A stretch of DNA of 64,000 nt. Source: Paraspadella gotoi. Its lineage: Eukaryota > Animalia > Chaetognatha. Position numbers and translations under genes: made by a program. This document shows positions 11,765-23,544 of this stretch, in pieces. Each line of letters opens with the position of its first letter. The first letter of the stretch is position 1. Under the pieces are notes generated by a model. That model saw nothing but the letters and a program-made list of their open reading frames with translations, was not told the DNA's origin and made no database searches. The stretch spans positions 27,204,718-27,268,717 of the forward strand of contig CM119266.1 in assembly GCA_051294375.1 (NCBI GenBank). The letters run 5' to 3'.

Positions 11765-14700
11765 ATGGAAGAAGATCCGGCGGTGACTCGATTAAGACAG
11801 TACCTTCGCTTTAACACCTCGCACCCTAATCCCGACTACTCTGAAACTGTGGAGTTTTTGAAGCAACAAGCTGAAGATATTGGCCTCGAGGTTACCGTTA
11901 TACGTCCGGGTAAGAGGCAAACGGTTTGAAAATATATTGAATGAAAGCTAAGACAACGCAAATTTTAAACCTATTAAATTAACATTCAGAATTAATTAAG
12001 ATAATATCTTTTTGTGTTGATTTATGATCCCCTGCCCTCCGCTACGCCCTCCAGCGGGTGATCCAGTTGTTTTGATGATTTGGAGAGGAAGCGACCCGAC
12101 GAAAGAAGCGATTCTTCTTAACTCCCACATGGACGTTGTGCCCGGTAACAATCTAAAGGCACTATTATCCCAAAGAGCGCTATTTCTGTTCCGAATATCT
12201 AACATAATTATAAATTTAAAATTTAATTAAATGTTATCAAATGCTTTAATTAACCTCTAACCCTAACTTAATCCTTAACCCTAATCCTAATTTTAATTTT
12301 TAATTTTAATCTTTAACCGAATCCTGATCCTCTAACCAATTCTTTAAATTGACTTAATTATGAATAAAAGCTGAAATGAGGCGCTTTGAGAAAAACTTTA
12401 GTTTACGCGTCGAACTGGACTTACCCTCCTTTTGACGCCATGAAGACGGAAGACGGGATGATTTACGCACGGGGAATTCAAGTAAGTCGGCGTAAAATAA
12501 TTTGGATACATGTAATTTTATAGTTTTGATTCACTATTAAGAATTGGCTTTGTTGTCTATACAAGATATTTAGATTAAGAGATTTCAACTCTTTGCGCTT
12601 TAGTCTTTAGTTACTTACCTCCTTGAACTTATTTGCAAAGCTCTTAATCCTCTAAGGACATGAAAGGCATCGGGATGGAGCATCTCGAAGCGGTTCGCCG
12701 ACTAAAGGCCTCTGGGAAGACTCTCTCCAGAACAGTAGTGATTAGCTTCGTCCCCGACGAAGAGGTTGGTGGACTTAAAGGTACATGGGAAGTGGTTAAT
12801 AGATTGATTGATTGCTTTTTTTTTAAATTTAATCCTGATCAGGTTGATTCACACTTTTTTTGGCTTAGAATTTAATCGTTGATACAAAATTGTTTCAATG
12901 ATATTATATTATGAATCTAATAACAACACCACCAAGTTGACCAATCTCTCAATTACATCTTGTTAAGGGAAATATAATTACTCTGGGAGGGAATATGAGA
13001 CTGTGAGAGAGTCTTGATTGAAAGCTTTCTCTGTCATTATCTTGTAAGAGTGATGGAGGCCTTAGACCACCAAAGCCTGCCTAAGGTCAGCTTATTTATT
13101 AAATGAATGGATAATTTTTGTATTGGTTGTACCAATTTTCATAAAATTCATTGAATTTTGATGCTGGGCGGAGTACAATATAGTATTCCCCGATCTAATA
13201 GTTAAGGAGTGGTCTTTTCATACAATTGAAATATTCTTTGAAACATTATAATTTATACCACTTCATTGATAGAGAAGCCAGGTACTTTGGGAGGGAAATA
13301 TGAGACTGTGAGAGAGTCTTGATTGAAAGCTTGCAGAGACCTGCTATGTCATTATCTTGTAAAAGTCAGCGGCAAGATAGCTCATTTATTAAATGAATAG
13401 ATAATTTTTATATTGGTTGTACCAATTTTCATAAACTGATATAAAAATGGTTTTTCATTCAGGCATGAAGGCTTTGATAGAAACGGGAGCTCTGAATCCA
13501 TTGAACATTGGTTTTTCCTTGGACGAGTCTCGCGCATTAGGTTTGTTTTTCTTACGCTACGACTTTCCTCTGTCCGTTCCTTTTCATAATAGCGTTATTG
13601 TGAGCCTTTCATACTTTTGATTTTAGGTCAAGACGACTTCGTTTCTCTTTACTATGCCGAGCGCCTCCTGTGGCAATTTACGATCGTCTTCACTGGCACT
13701 CCAGGCCACGGCTCTAGTTTTGTGGAAAACACCGCGGCCGGTTAGTAAGGATAATGGCGTTTGATATTAGAGGAGTCCTTTTTAAAATCTCACGATCGGT
13801 ATCCGTAATTTGTGATGTATGTATGTTGAAATGTATTTTTAGAAAAGTTTCGACGCGTATTAAACTCGGTGTTGGATTTCCGAAGCGAACAGGAAGCGAT
13901 ATTGAAAGGAAATCCGGATCTGACTCTCGGTGACGTCACCACCATCAACTTCACGATGGTCAGCGGTAATTCGTTCGTTTTCTCTGACAAACAAATGAAA
14001 CCGAAGTGAGATTGAATGAATCAATCTCATAGTATACTGTAAAATGTAAAAAGGTATTGTAAGAATATAAAACTGTAACAGTGAATTGCGAATTACGTTC
14101 TAGCCCCTTCTAAAACAAATAAAACAGGCTTGTTGTCTAGCTAGCAAATAAACTGGTTTCGTCAGGTGGCCTGCAGGCGAACGTGGTTCCATCAGAAATC
14201 TCCGCGACTTTCGACTGTCGAGTCACCCCGACTCAGAACATTAAGGAATTCGAGGAAATGATCAACAAGTGGATCGCCGATGCTGGAGAAGGTTTTTTTA
14301 ACTCTTTTTTTCCGAGAGCGCCCTGTTTCTCTTCCAAATCTCTGAATTTAATTTTAATGTAACCCGAAACATAATCATTAAAATTTATGCTGGAATGAGG
14401 CACTTTTGGAAAATACGGCCGAATATTGAACCTCGAACCCTAGTTGAAGTTCAGTAGCGATGTCGTGATCCTGATCTTTTTCTCTTTAGGCATTCGTATC
14501 AGTTTTTCCCGACACGGCGCCAATACTGTAAGTTACCAAAGTGGTTATTGCTTTTACAATTTTTTCGGTTAATAGTTTTATAACAACCAAATTATATTTT
14601 TTGTAAAGAATGGGACATGTTGCCATTCTCCTTTCTCATTTATCTCCCATCTTTTTTAAAATATTTTTTTGTTAAGAAAAAAACTACTAATTACTATTTC

Positions 14701-15397
14701 TCAATGTTTAGCTGCAAAAAAATAATGCAAAATCGCTCTATGATTTAGCTTGGCGTTTTAACTAATAATAGAAAGCTTGTGTTTCTTTGGATATATGAGT
14801 AAGCAAAAGAAGCTAGAATCTTGACCTAAAGATAGAAAAGAGAGGGTAGCGTGAGGGTAGTGTTTTTCTCCGAGACGGCAAACACAGTATCTTATCTTTC
14901 TTCTCTACTTTATCTTTCAATGTCTTGATCAGGAGAAGACAGACATTAGTTCCTATTCTAAGTGGTGGAGAGCATTCGAAGGAGTTTTAAATGAGACCGG
15001 CGTCCGATACAGACCCGTCATTTGCGGAGGTGCCACCGACAGCAGATATCTCAGGTCTCTTTGCTAATGTTATGATTAGCCTATAATCAGTTTTATAAGT
15101 AATTTGTGTTATTGTTATGAAAAATAATCACTTTTGGTATTAATGTCATGACATTGAATAATCTTGAAAATGGAATCCGTGAACAGTGACCATTTTATCA
15201 AACCGTCACGATATCATCTTTAATTAGTCCTTCCTTCTATTCTCAGGCCATTGGGCATCCAAGCTTTTGGATTTTCCCCACTTCGAAACACGCCGGTCCG
15301 TCTCCATGGCGACGACGAATGTCTTCACGAGAACATTTTTCTCGAAGGCATCGAAATTTTCCAGCGGGTCGTCGAAGTCATGGCCAATGTTGAGTGA
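11765..15397 (+). CDS. ACY1: Aminoacylase-1 (M20A N-acyl-L-amino-acid amidohydrolase), 11 exons, about 396 aa
   Basis: Phase-consistent GT-AG exons: 11765-11909, 12055-12144, 12402-12481, 12657-12780, 13463-13540, 13627-13740, 13843-13965, 14166-14291, 14490-14527, 14933-15054, 15247-15397 (1191 nt). Motifs LLNSHMDVVP, IYARGIQDMK, FVPDEEVGG, LDE, GTPGHGS, GATDSRYLR, GFSPLRNTPVRLHGDDE. Confidence 0.96.
12980..13435 (+). mobile_element. Two fragments of a dispersed (AAT)n-tailed repeat family in ACY1 intron 4
   Basis: GAGACTGTGAGAGAGTCTTGATTGAAAGC...TTATTAAATGAATGGATAATTTTT..TTGGTTGTACCAATTT occurs twice here; same family at about 20820, 24170-24370, 29720, 41613-41935 and 46750. Confidence 0.75.
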
Positions 15398-15578
15398 AAC
15401 ATTCCGATTTCAGAAAACCTCCCGTTCTTTTTTCGTGATAACAACTCGTTAAATCGCAAGGAGTTAAATGAGAGTTTAGTTACGTATATATCGATTTAGT
15501 CCAATTTAAAATCGTTTACATGAACTATATTTGCACTATACTCGACATTTTTCGCGTTTTATTTGTTAGTTATTGATC

Positions 15579-17571
15579 ATGTTGAAGTTAGATCAATATG
15601 TTTCGGATGACAAACTTATAAAAGACTGTGAAAAGATCGTCCTTAGTGTGAGAAATGATTGGACAAAGGATGATCTTAATTGGAAAATATTTACGGAAGG
15701 AATCACGAACAAGCTCCTTGGGTTTTGGACAAACAAAGACCTCGGGATGAACGACGCTTTGTTGGTTAAAGTCTATGGTAAGGTAAGTGAATGTTGTCAA
15801 TGCAATACACAATAAGGACATTTTTGGTTCTTTTCCAAAAGCGGCCCATTTCAATTCCTTAATACCTAAACTTAATCTTTATTTTAATATTAATCTTAAT
15901 ATTTTTAAACCCATAACCTATTCCTTGTCTTTAATCTTCAACCTAAACCTTTAATATTGTTTTTACCTTAGGTTCCGCTTACAATCAGACTTTTTTAGAC
16001 AATGGAATCTGAACTTATTTAACAAATTATAATAAAAACTGAAAATGACACTTTTTGACTTGTAAACTTTATAATTAATTCATAGGCAAACTCTAAATGA
16101 TTTAAGGAAATAAATTTACCCAGAGGTGAAGAAGGTAAGGAAGAACGGATTTCCAAAGTAAAAAATTTTTCTCAACTTTCCTTGGCACTCTAATCAGAAA
16201 AAATGGACAAAAATGGACATGATTTTTTTCTCCTAAATGTTGCAAAAAAATGTACTTTTTTATCATTTGAAACAGGTGGATATGATTTCAACCAATTCCT
16301 AGTTCAGCCCAATTTGTATTGTGGTCGAAATCAAATTAATATTGTAAGTAACAACTGAACAAGAGTGGAAAGGAGTTGCTTTTTTACTAAATGCGACGTT
16401 TGTAGGCGGAACCATTACGAATAATTATTAATTTTAACTTAAAAAATAATTTCAAACAAGGCCCTTATTTCCACGTTATTTGTCTGACTCCAGAAAACCG
16501 AAACTATGATTGATCGTGAAGAAGAGTTGAAGAATATTAAGATGCTCTCCGAACTAGGAAGCGCCACGCCCATTTACGCCGAGTTTAACAATGGAATTTG
16601 CTACGGATACGTCCAAGGCGTAACGCTCGACTTTCAAATGGCACTTAAAGTCGATCGACTCGTCATTGCCGAAATGGTCAGGATTCACGCAATAAAGCCC
16701 AAAAGTAAGCGGCTATAATTAATACATTTTTAGTTAATTTAGCTAAAAAAATATTACAAACCGAAGGCGAAGACAATCCCGTTGCTTGCGTTTGGAAGAA
16801 GCTACATGACTTCGTACGGCTTCTACCTTGTTCGTTGGAAGGAGAGAAAAGTGAGCGACTTTTCAAAACTCCCCTGCCGTCTCGATCTCAGTTAGAAAAA
16901 AAATCCATCGATTTGGAAAAATCGATAAAAACGAAAGTCTCGTCGCCAATCGTCTTTTGTCACAACGATTTGACTCTTGATAACATTGTCTGGGACAAGT
17001 AAGCTTTTTTTTTCTTTTTTTTTTCGGGTGATTTTGGCACTTTTTTAAAAATATTTTTAAACAATTTAGGGTCAAGAATAGAACTTTCTTTATCGATTTC
17101 GAATACGGAGGATTCAATTATCTCGCTTACGACATCGCCGTTTATTTTGTGGAACGTTGCGGTACCTCCTATTCATCATACACCTGGTCGAATACCATTT
17201 TTTTTTAAATACCGTCAATTTCCCTTTCAGGATTTAATGGCGATATAGATACAAATCGTTATCCTGAAGAGCAATGTCAAAAGCGTTGGCTGCTCCATTA
17301 TTTAAAATTATCTGCCGCACGAGACCGAGGGTTTTCTGTCGACGACGATCCAAGCAAACTGGACTCCATCGAAATTGCCGAAGAGAAACTTGAAAATCTT
17401 TACGCTGATGTACAGAAATTCGCCGCAGTTACGGAGTTTCTTTCTTGCCTTTGGGGTTTAATTCAAGCCGACTTTTCGAGTTTAAAATTCGATTTCGTCG
17501 CCTTTGCCATTTCAAAATGGAGTTCGTTTATAGAGAGAAAAAGAAACGATTCGGATTTGGTAAACATTTAA
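15579..17571 (+). CDS. ETNK: Ethanolamine/choline kinase family protein, 5 exons, about 367-370 aa
   Basis: Exons 15579-15782, 16494-16704, 16734 or 16743-16998, 17070-17161, 17231-17571. Motifs FTEGITNKL, LVKVYG.KTE.MIDREEE, Brenner motif VFCHNDL, IDFEYGGFNYLAYDIA, LWGLIQA..S...FDF. Confidence 0.93.
15971..16413. mobile_element. About 440-bp MITE in ETNK intron 1
   Basis: 14-bp terminal inverted repeats GGTTCCGCTTACAA / TTGTAGGCGGAACC (1 mismatch). A second, left-truncated copy lies at about 60140-60532. Confidence 0.8.
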
Positions 17572-17659
17572 AAATAAGTTATTATTATTAGAAGCGTAAC
17601 ATAATCAAGTTAGTAGTTTTTAGTTCCAAGCTTATGCTACCCGGATAGACTGATTCAAC

Positions 17660-17870
17660 TCAGCTCGTCCCATTAGCTTGGACAGTTACTGTAAAAACTC
17701 GCTTACCAACTGAGTTCCGGGTTCAATCCCCTCACTGTTTCGCTGGTTAAGTGTTATGCTGTCGGCAGTCCTGAGCGTCGGGAGATGCCTCACACCCCGG
17801 GTATCACACATGTCTCTCCGTTGCTATACCATAATATGAAGTTTATTGCAGACTACAACGTTGTGAATTA
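17660..17870 (+). mobile_element. Possible tRNA-derived SINE remnant
   Basis: B-box-like GGGTTCAATCCC at about 17719 in a GC-richer patch; no intact cloverleaf; single copy in the window. Confidence 0.3.
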
Positions 17871-19812
17871 ATATTGCACGACTGAAATAATCCCAACCTT
17901 GGATTAGTCATACAGACCAATCATTAGCTACCCCAACAAATATTATTATCATCCTAAATCAAAAACGTTATGATAGAATATAAAATATTGTAGAAGAAAA
18001 GAAAGAACGACAATCTAATATAGGTATTATTATAATCTTATTGATACATGCCTATTTTTTCCCCCTCTTTCAATAATGTAGTGTGCATGGCTGCTTTTCT
18101 TTTACTTTTTTTAAATCGGAGCAATGCATATTAAATAATTCCCTCATGAAGTATAATCTAGTTGGGAATCAAAAATATTGTAACGTTTATCATTTGATTA
18201 GACGACTATATCTAAATTATCGTTGGCAGATCCGGCGATGATTGCTCAAACTTTTACATCCAAAGTTTTCATGTAGAATCGTTTCGATTTGCAATGAGTC
18301 ATAATTTGCTAATCAACCCGCCATCGTCGTCGTCGTCCTAGATGCTATAATAGAATATTTTGATATTTCTGGAACGAAAAATTATAGATTCATGAAAAAT
18401 ATAAATTGGAAGAATAAAGCGAAGAGGATAAACTTGAAAGGAAAAGTGATGGAGAGACGGACGAAGGAGTCCGTGCAGACAGAGGGATGGGAAGGAGTGA
18501 GAGATTGAAGAAAAAATAAGAGAAATAGAGAAGAAAAGCAGAATCAAAAAGGAACAAGGGGGGAAGAAAGGAAAGAAAAGAAAAAAAACAAAGGCAAGAA
18601 AAGTAGAAACACCAAAAACTGAGATACAGAGCGTTTCCAATGTGCTGAGAGGGGCGAAGAGGGAGAGACAGATGGGCAAATAAAAGCCCCATAGGCCGCG
18701 ACGACTAATGAACAGCTTTGCATATATGGAGCGAGAAAAGAGTCATAAGATCAAAGAGATAAGAGAGAAAGAGAGAGACGAAAAAAAAAGCGAACGGCGA
18801 AGGCGTCGGCTTTAATGGATAAGCAAAGCTCAGCTTCTTTTTGCTTTTTTTTCGAGGGGGGGGGAATCTTTTGGTTATTGCGCTTCGAATCGTTTGTGCG
18901 TATTTGGTTGGAGTTGGTTGGACAGGGAGGCAAGCGAGATGGGGGGGTGGGGGGTAATAGATTTCGTATGTTGATGTTGTAGTCGCTTCAATGCGAAGTT
19001 ATGGAGATGGGTCGGTGAGATTGGATACGACGAAGCCAATCGTGTGTTTTATTTGTTGTCCGAGTCATTGACGAAGATAAAGGGTAATTTAGAAATTGTA
19101 AACGAAATCTGCGTACAGTTATTGAAAAGTGGGCGAATTTTATTACGTACACGATTCTCTGGAATAAAGTTCTGTGGGCTCAGCTGATCAACCTAATATC
19201 ATAGCGAATTAAAAGAATTAAAACTAAATTTAAACAAACAAACGTGGACCAGAAAAGACGGAGTCTTGACACGTGATGTCAGAGTGGGAGGAGGCGTATA
19301 GTGAGAGAGAGAGAGTTTTAAACAATGAATCGATGTTGAAGTTGCTGATTCAGCAACTGCAACCTTAAAGAAAGCATAAGTTTTTAATTAATTGCTTCTC
19401 ACATTTCTAGACGTTTGTGTTCATTATAGTTCGATACATATATAATATTATACTCTGAACATTACCCATATGCTACATTCTGCGTACCACTCTACATAAT
19501 ACATAATAGCTAGACAATTTAATCTAAAAGTTGGATTTTATTACGTAATTTTATAAAACATTTACGGTGTTACAAAAATGAGGAGGAATTAAAAAAATTA
19601 CATCTCTTTTCACCAACGATAAAACATTCAGATTCAGGGTTAAATTAAGAGGGAAGTGAACGAGTGAACGAATAAATCAATACAGTGAATTCAAAAAAAG
19701 TCCTGTTGCTATTTTCTCTCACGTCGCGTCCCCATGCACGCTTACGTCACGTCATCTCACGTCCCTTAACGTCACCATACGTCGGGTCGCGTCGCATCGC
19801 ATCTTGACCCGC

Positions 19813-22800
19813 TCAGATGACGGATCTCTTTGCGTCTCCGAAAATCATCCTCACATCCTTTCGCAAGATCTTCCCCGACGTCGTCTTCGGTATTCCGTCG
19901 ACGAAGACGACGCCGCCGCGAATCTTGGACATCGGGTTGACGAGGTTGTCGACGAAGCGGCGTACCTCGTCCTCGGAGGCGGAGACGCCCGGTTTGAGGA
20001 CGACGAAAGCGCGGGGAACCTTTTTTACGAAGGGGAGGTTGGGTTAAAGGGGAAAAAGTTGAATGGAATGGGATAACGAAAAAACAAAGCGAAGCAAATT
20101 ATTGTTCTCAAGGAAGGAATAGATAAAGAGAGAGAGATAAAGCGAGAGTAAAAATAGCTTCTTATCTTTCCTCTCATTAACAGCTTCGACCGCTCCAACT
20201 ATTGATCACTATACTAACTGCATCAAAAACTAAAAGTCGGTCGGTCATTAGCGCGTATTCTTTCCCCTCACCTCGCCGGCCTCTTCGTCGGGCACGCCGA
20301 TCACAGCGGCATCGGCCACCGCGGGATGCATCACCAACACCCCTTCCAACTCGGCGGGGGCCACTTGGTGACCTTTGTACTTGATGAGCTCCTTCAATCG
20401 ATCCACGATGTAGAGATATCCCTCGCCGTCGATGTAACCGATGTCCCCCGTGTGCATCCACCCGTCGTGAGTGAAGACGGCTCGGGTCTCGGTCGGGTTG
20501 TTCAAGTAGCCCTTCATCACCTGAGATGAATGGATTACCGTTTAAAAGATTGTATTAGATTACTACGTATTATTTCTGAAGAGACAGCATAATTGCAATT
20601 ATAATAATTGAATAAATTTTCCATAAATTGGCAGACCCAGAGCTTCGGATCAGGCTGTGGCTCTTTTCAACACTTAACTGCTAGGCGGCAACCGGGCTAG
20701 AACCACAGACTTTTAGGTTTCGAGGGGATAACTTCCCACCGGCTCCCACAGCCAAGAGTAACCTTCCCCGATTAACCCTGATTAATTTTGAATATTTTTA
20801 ATATAACCATGACTTGTAATATAGCTTGTTTATTAAATGAATGGATAATTTTTATATTGGTTGACAGGAGGCGTCACTTAGGGTCGGAAGCCCCCAAAGC
20901 CAGCAGTGAGATGCCCCATCCCAATGGGCATCACAGACAACCCGGCTGTTGCCATAATAGATTGATTAACTAATCAAATAAGTTTACTAACTTTTCTTCA
21001 GCCACAATTGTTTAATGTTCTTTTATTTTTACACTTTATCTTCTGTTAAATCTTTTTTCCCTTTTTACACGCGACAGTCAACAAACCTACCTGAGGTCCT
21101 TTGATGACAATCTCTCCAGTCTCTCCCGCTCTCAACGGACTCCTTTCGTTACCGGCGTCCAAAATTTTTATCATTGTGTTGGGGACTGGGACGCCGCAGG
21201 AGCCAGGGCGGGGACGGCTGGTCGGGGAACAAGTCCCAAGGGGAGAAGTTTCACTCATTCCCCAAGCCTGAAATAATGAATGTACGAGTTTTGGTAAAGT
21301 GCTAGAAACTCTTGACTATTATTTCATCGTGAAACTCGAGTACTATATTTGGCTCATCTAATTCAACCTCTTAAAGATAAAAAAAAGAAAGGAAGCAATA
21401 TTCACATTGAGATTTGGCCCAAGAGCCATTTTTAGATATTAACCGCACCAACAAATTGTTCAAAACACTAAATTAAGTACTTACAGGTTAATAACTCGTA
21501 CTAAAAACTATACCTGTCGAACTCTATCCGTCGAAAATTTTTTCATAACCTCTGCGTGAAGTTCTTTCCTAAATTTTTTTTTTAAATTTAAAATTTCATC
21601 GAAAAATCTCACAGCAGCAGCCAAACTCACGTCAGCGGCGCTGCGGCGCAGATAATGTCCCGTACCGACGACATATCGTATTCGTCAACCATTGGGTCTT
21701 TGTTCAAGAACAGCAACAGCGGCGGGACCAGCGGAAGAAAGTCAAGCTTGTATCGCGAGATCGACTCCAAGAAAGTCGGCGGTTCGAACTTTTTCAGCAG
21801 CAACAGCATCTTACCCAAACGAATCTGGACGAGGCTGTTGAAAAGCTGGTAGATATGCCAGATGGGGAGGAGGCCGAGGACGCGCTCGCGGGAGGCGTCG
21901 GAGGTGTCGCCAAAGATTTCCTCGCTGTGGATTTTATTTATAAGAAAATGAAGAAGCAAAATAAAGTAACAAAACAAAAGTAGTTTATCAGAAGCGTCTG
22001 ATGCCTCCGATTGTCAATGAATATAATATTGGATATATAAATGTACTAGCTATAGCTATAATCGCCCCCAGCCATCTCTAACGAATTGATCCAATGGTCA
22101 GCCTTCCAGCCACTCACGTTGAACACGCCTGAGAGAGATTGGCGACCATGTTGCGATGAGTCAGCTCGACCCCCTTGGGCAAAGCCGTCGTGCCTGACGA
22201 GAAGGGCATGATGGCCGTCGTGGTCGGCGGATCGATCAGTGCCCGTCGCGCCGCTTCGTCCGGAAAGGCATCGCCGGAGTCCTGCAAGAGATCGGCGAAG
22301 GAGAGGGCGCCGTCGACGACGCCGTCCGAGACGATAACGACGACGTCCTTGAGCGAAGGGTCGGCCAGAGCCTCTGTCGTGATCGAGTAGAGCTCCATGG
22401 TAGTGAGGATGAACTTGGGGTGCGTCGCGATCATCTTGAGCGAGAGAGAGAAAGACAGAGCGGACGAAATTTAGATTAATATTAAATAATACATTTTCAT
22501 TTGCATTAATTTTTTTTTTACGATTAAAATCTTACTTTTAGTTTTTCACAACAAATATCGAGTGAGAGAGAGAAAGAGAGAGCGAGAGAGAGAGAAATCT
22601 GAACGTTTAGCAAAAGATGTTGAGGCCCTTCGAACGCTAGTTAAATTAAGGTTATCAAATTTCCTCATAAGATGAAGAGTAAATTAAATTTTCTCCCTAA
22701 AAACAACCTGTCTCCGCAACTCGGCTGCCTTGAAGGCGGAGTTGACGGTCGTCAATGCGGCCCCGACGCCCACCGTCGCCAATATCGTCGCCAGATACTC

Positions 22801-23544
22801 GATCGTGTTCGGCGAGAAGACAGCGACAGCGTCACCGGCGCGCAATCCCCGTTTGACGAGCGCCGATCCGAGACGCGCCGAGTTCTCGCGCATCTGTCCG
22901 TGGGTCCATTTGACGCCGGTGGAGAAGTCGACGGCGCAGGTGCGGTCGGCGAAGGTGTCGGTCGATTCGAAGATGTGGGTGTAGATGTCAATCTTGGAGG
23001 AAAAGGGTAGAGGGAGGAGTGTTGGACGAAGATGAGGACATAAAAGAAGATTAAGAAAAACGTCAGGTAATATTACAACATAATAACAAAAAACAGTAAC
23101 TTTATTTACACACACGATAATTGCACGGTTGGCCTTCCGCCCAACGGCGTTTTATTTCTATTCATTTCTTTTTAGTCTTTTCCTTTTTATCTCTTTGTAC
23201 ATTTTTCCAATTCGTTTTTTTCTCTAAATTTTCATAACATTTTAATCCCCTTATCTCCTAATTCTTCCTCCCTAACCCGATTCCACTCATCCTAACCCTC
23301 CACTACCCAAAACGCAACACTCCCAACTCACCTCCGGAATTTCAACGTCGCGAAATGGAGAAACGTGAACCATATGACGCCGAGTTTGACGCTCGATGGC
23401 GGCGTCGAGACGCTGGACGGGCGACTGGTGACGGCGGTCTACAGTCGCGAGGCTGGAGTAAGTCGAGGCCGGCGCCGTCCTCAACGTACGAGAGTTGTCG
23501 ACAACGACGCCGCAGAGAAAGCGCGAGAGGCGGCGCGACCCCAT
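19813..23544 (-). CDS. Luciferase/4-coumarate:CoA-ligase-like acyl-CoA synthetase (ANL superfamily), 8 exons, about 598 aa
   Basis: Minus-strand exons 23544-23332, 22992-22708, 22434-22118, 21924-21631, 21568-21514, 21267-21091, 20520-20272, 20019-19813 (1797 nt, phases consistent). Motifs [78 protein letters not shown]. Confidence 0.95.
20638..20755 (-). mobile_element. Diverged copy of tRNA-like SINE family in an intron of the acyl-CoA ligase
   Basis: GAGCTTCGGATCAGG...CTTAACTGCT..GCGG..ACCGGGCTAGAACC is shared with 43030-43175. Confidence 0.6.

Noticed and set aside
19813-23544. Bona fide firefly-type luciferase
   Set aside because: The family motifs are shared with ordinary acyl-CoA ligases, and the luciferin-pocket segments (HGFG, SGGAP, GYGLTE) are not conserved.
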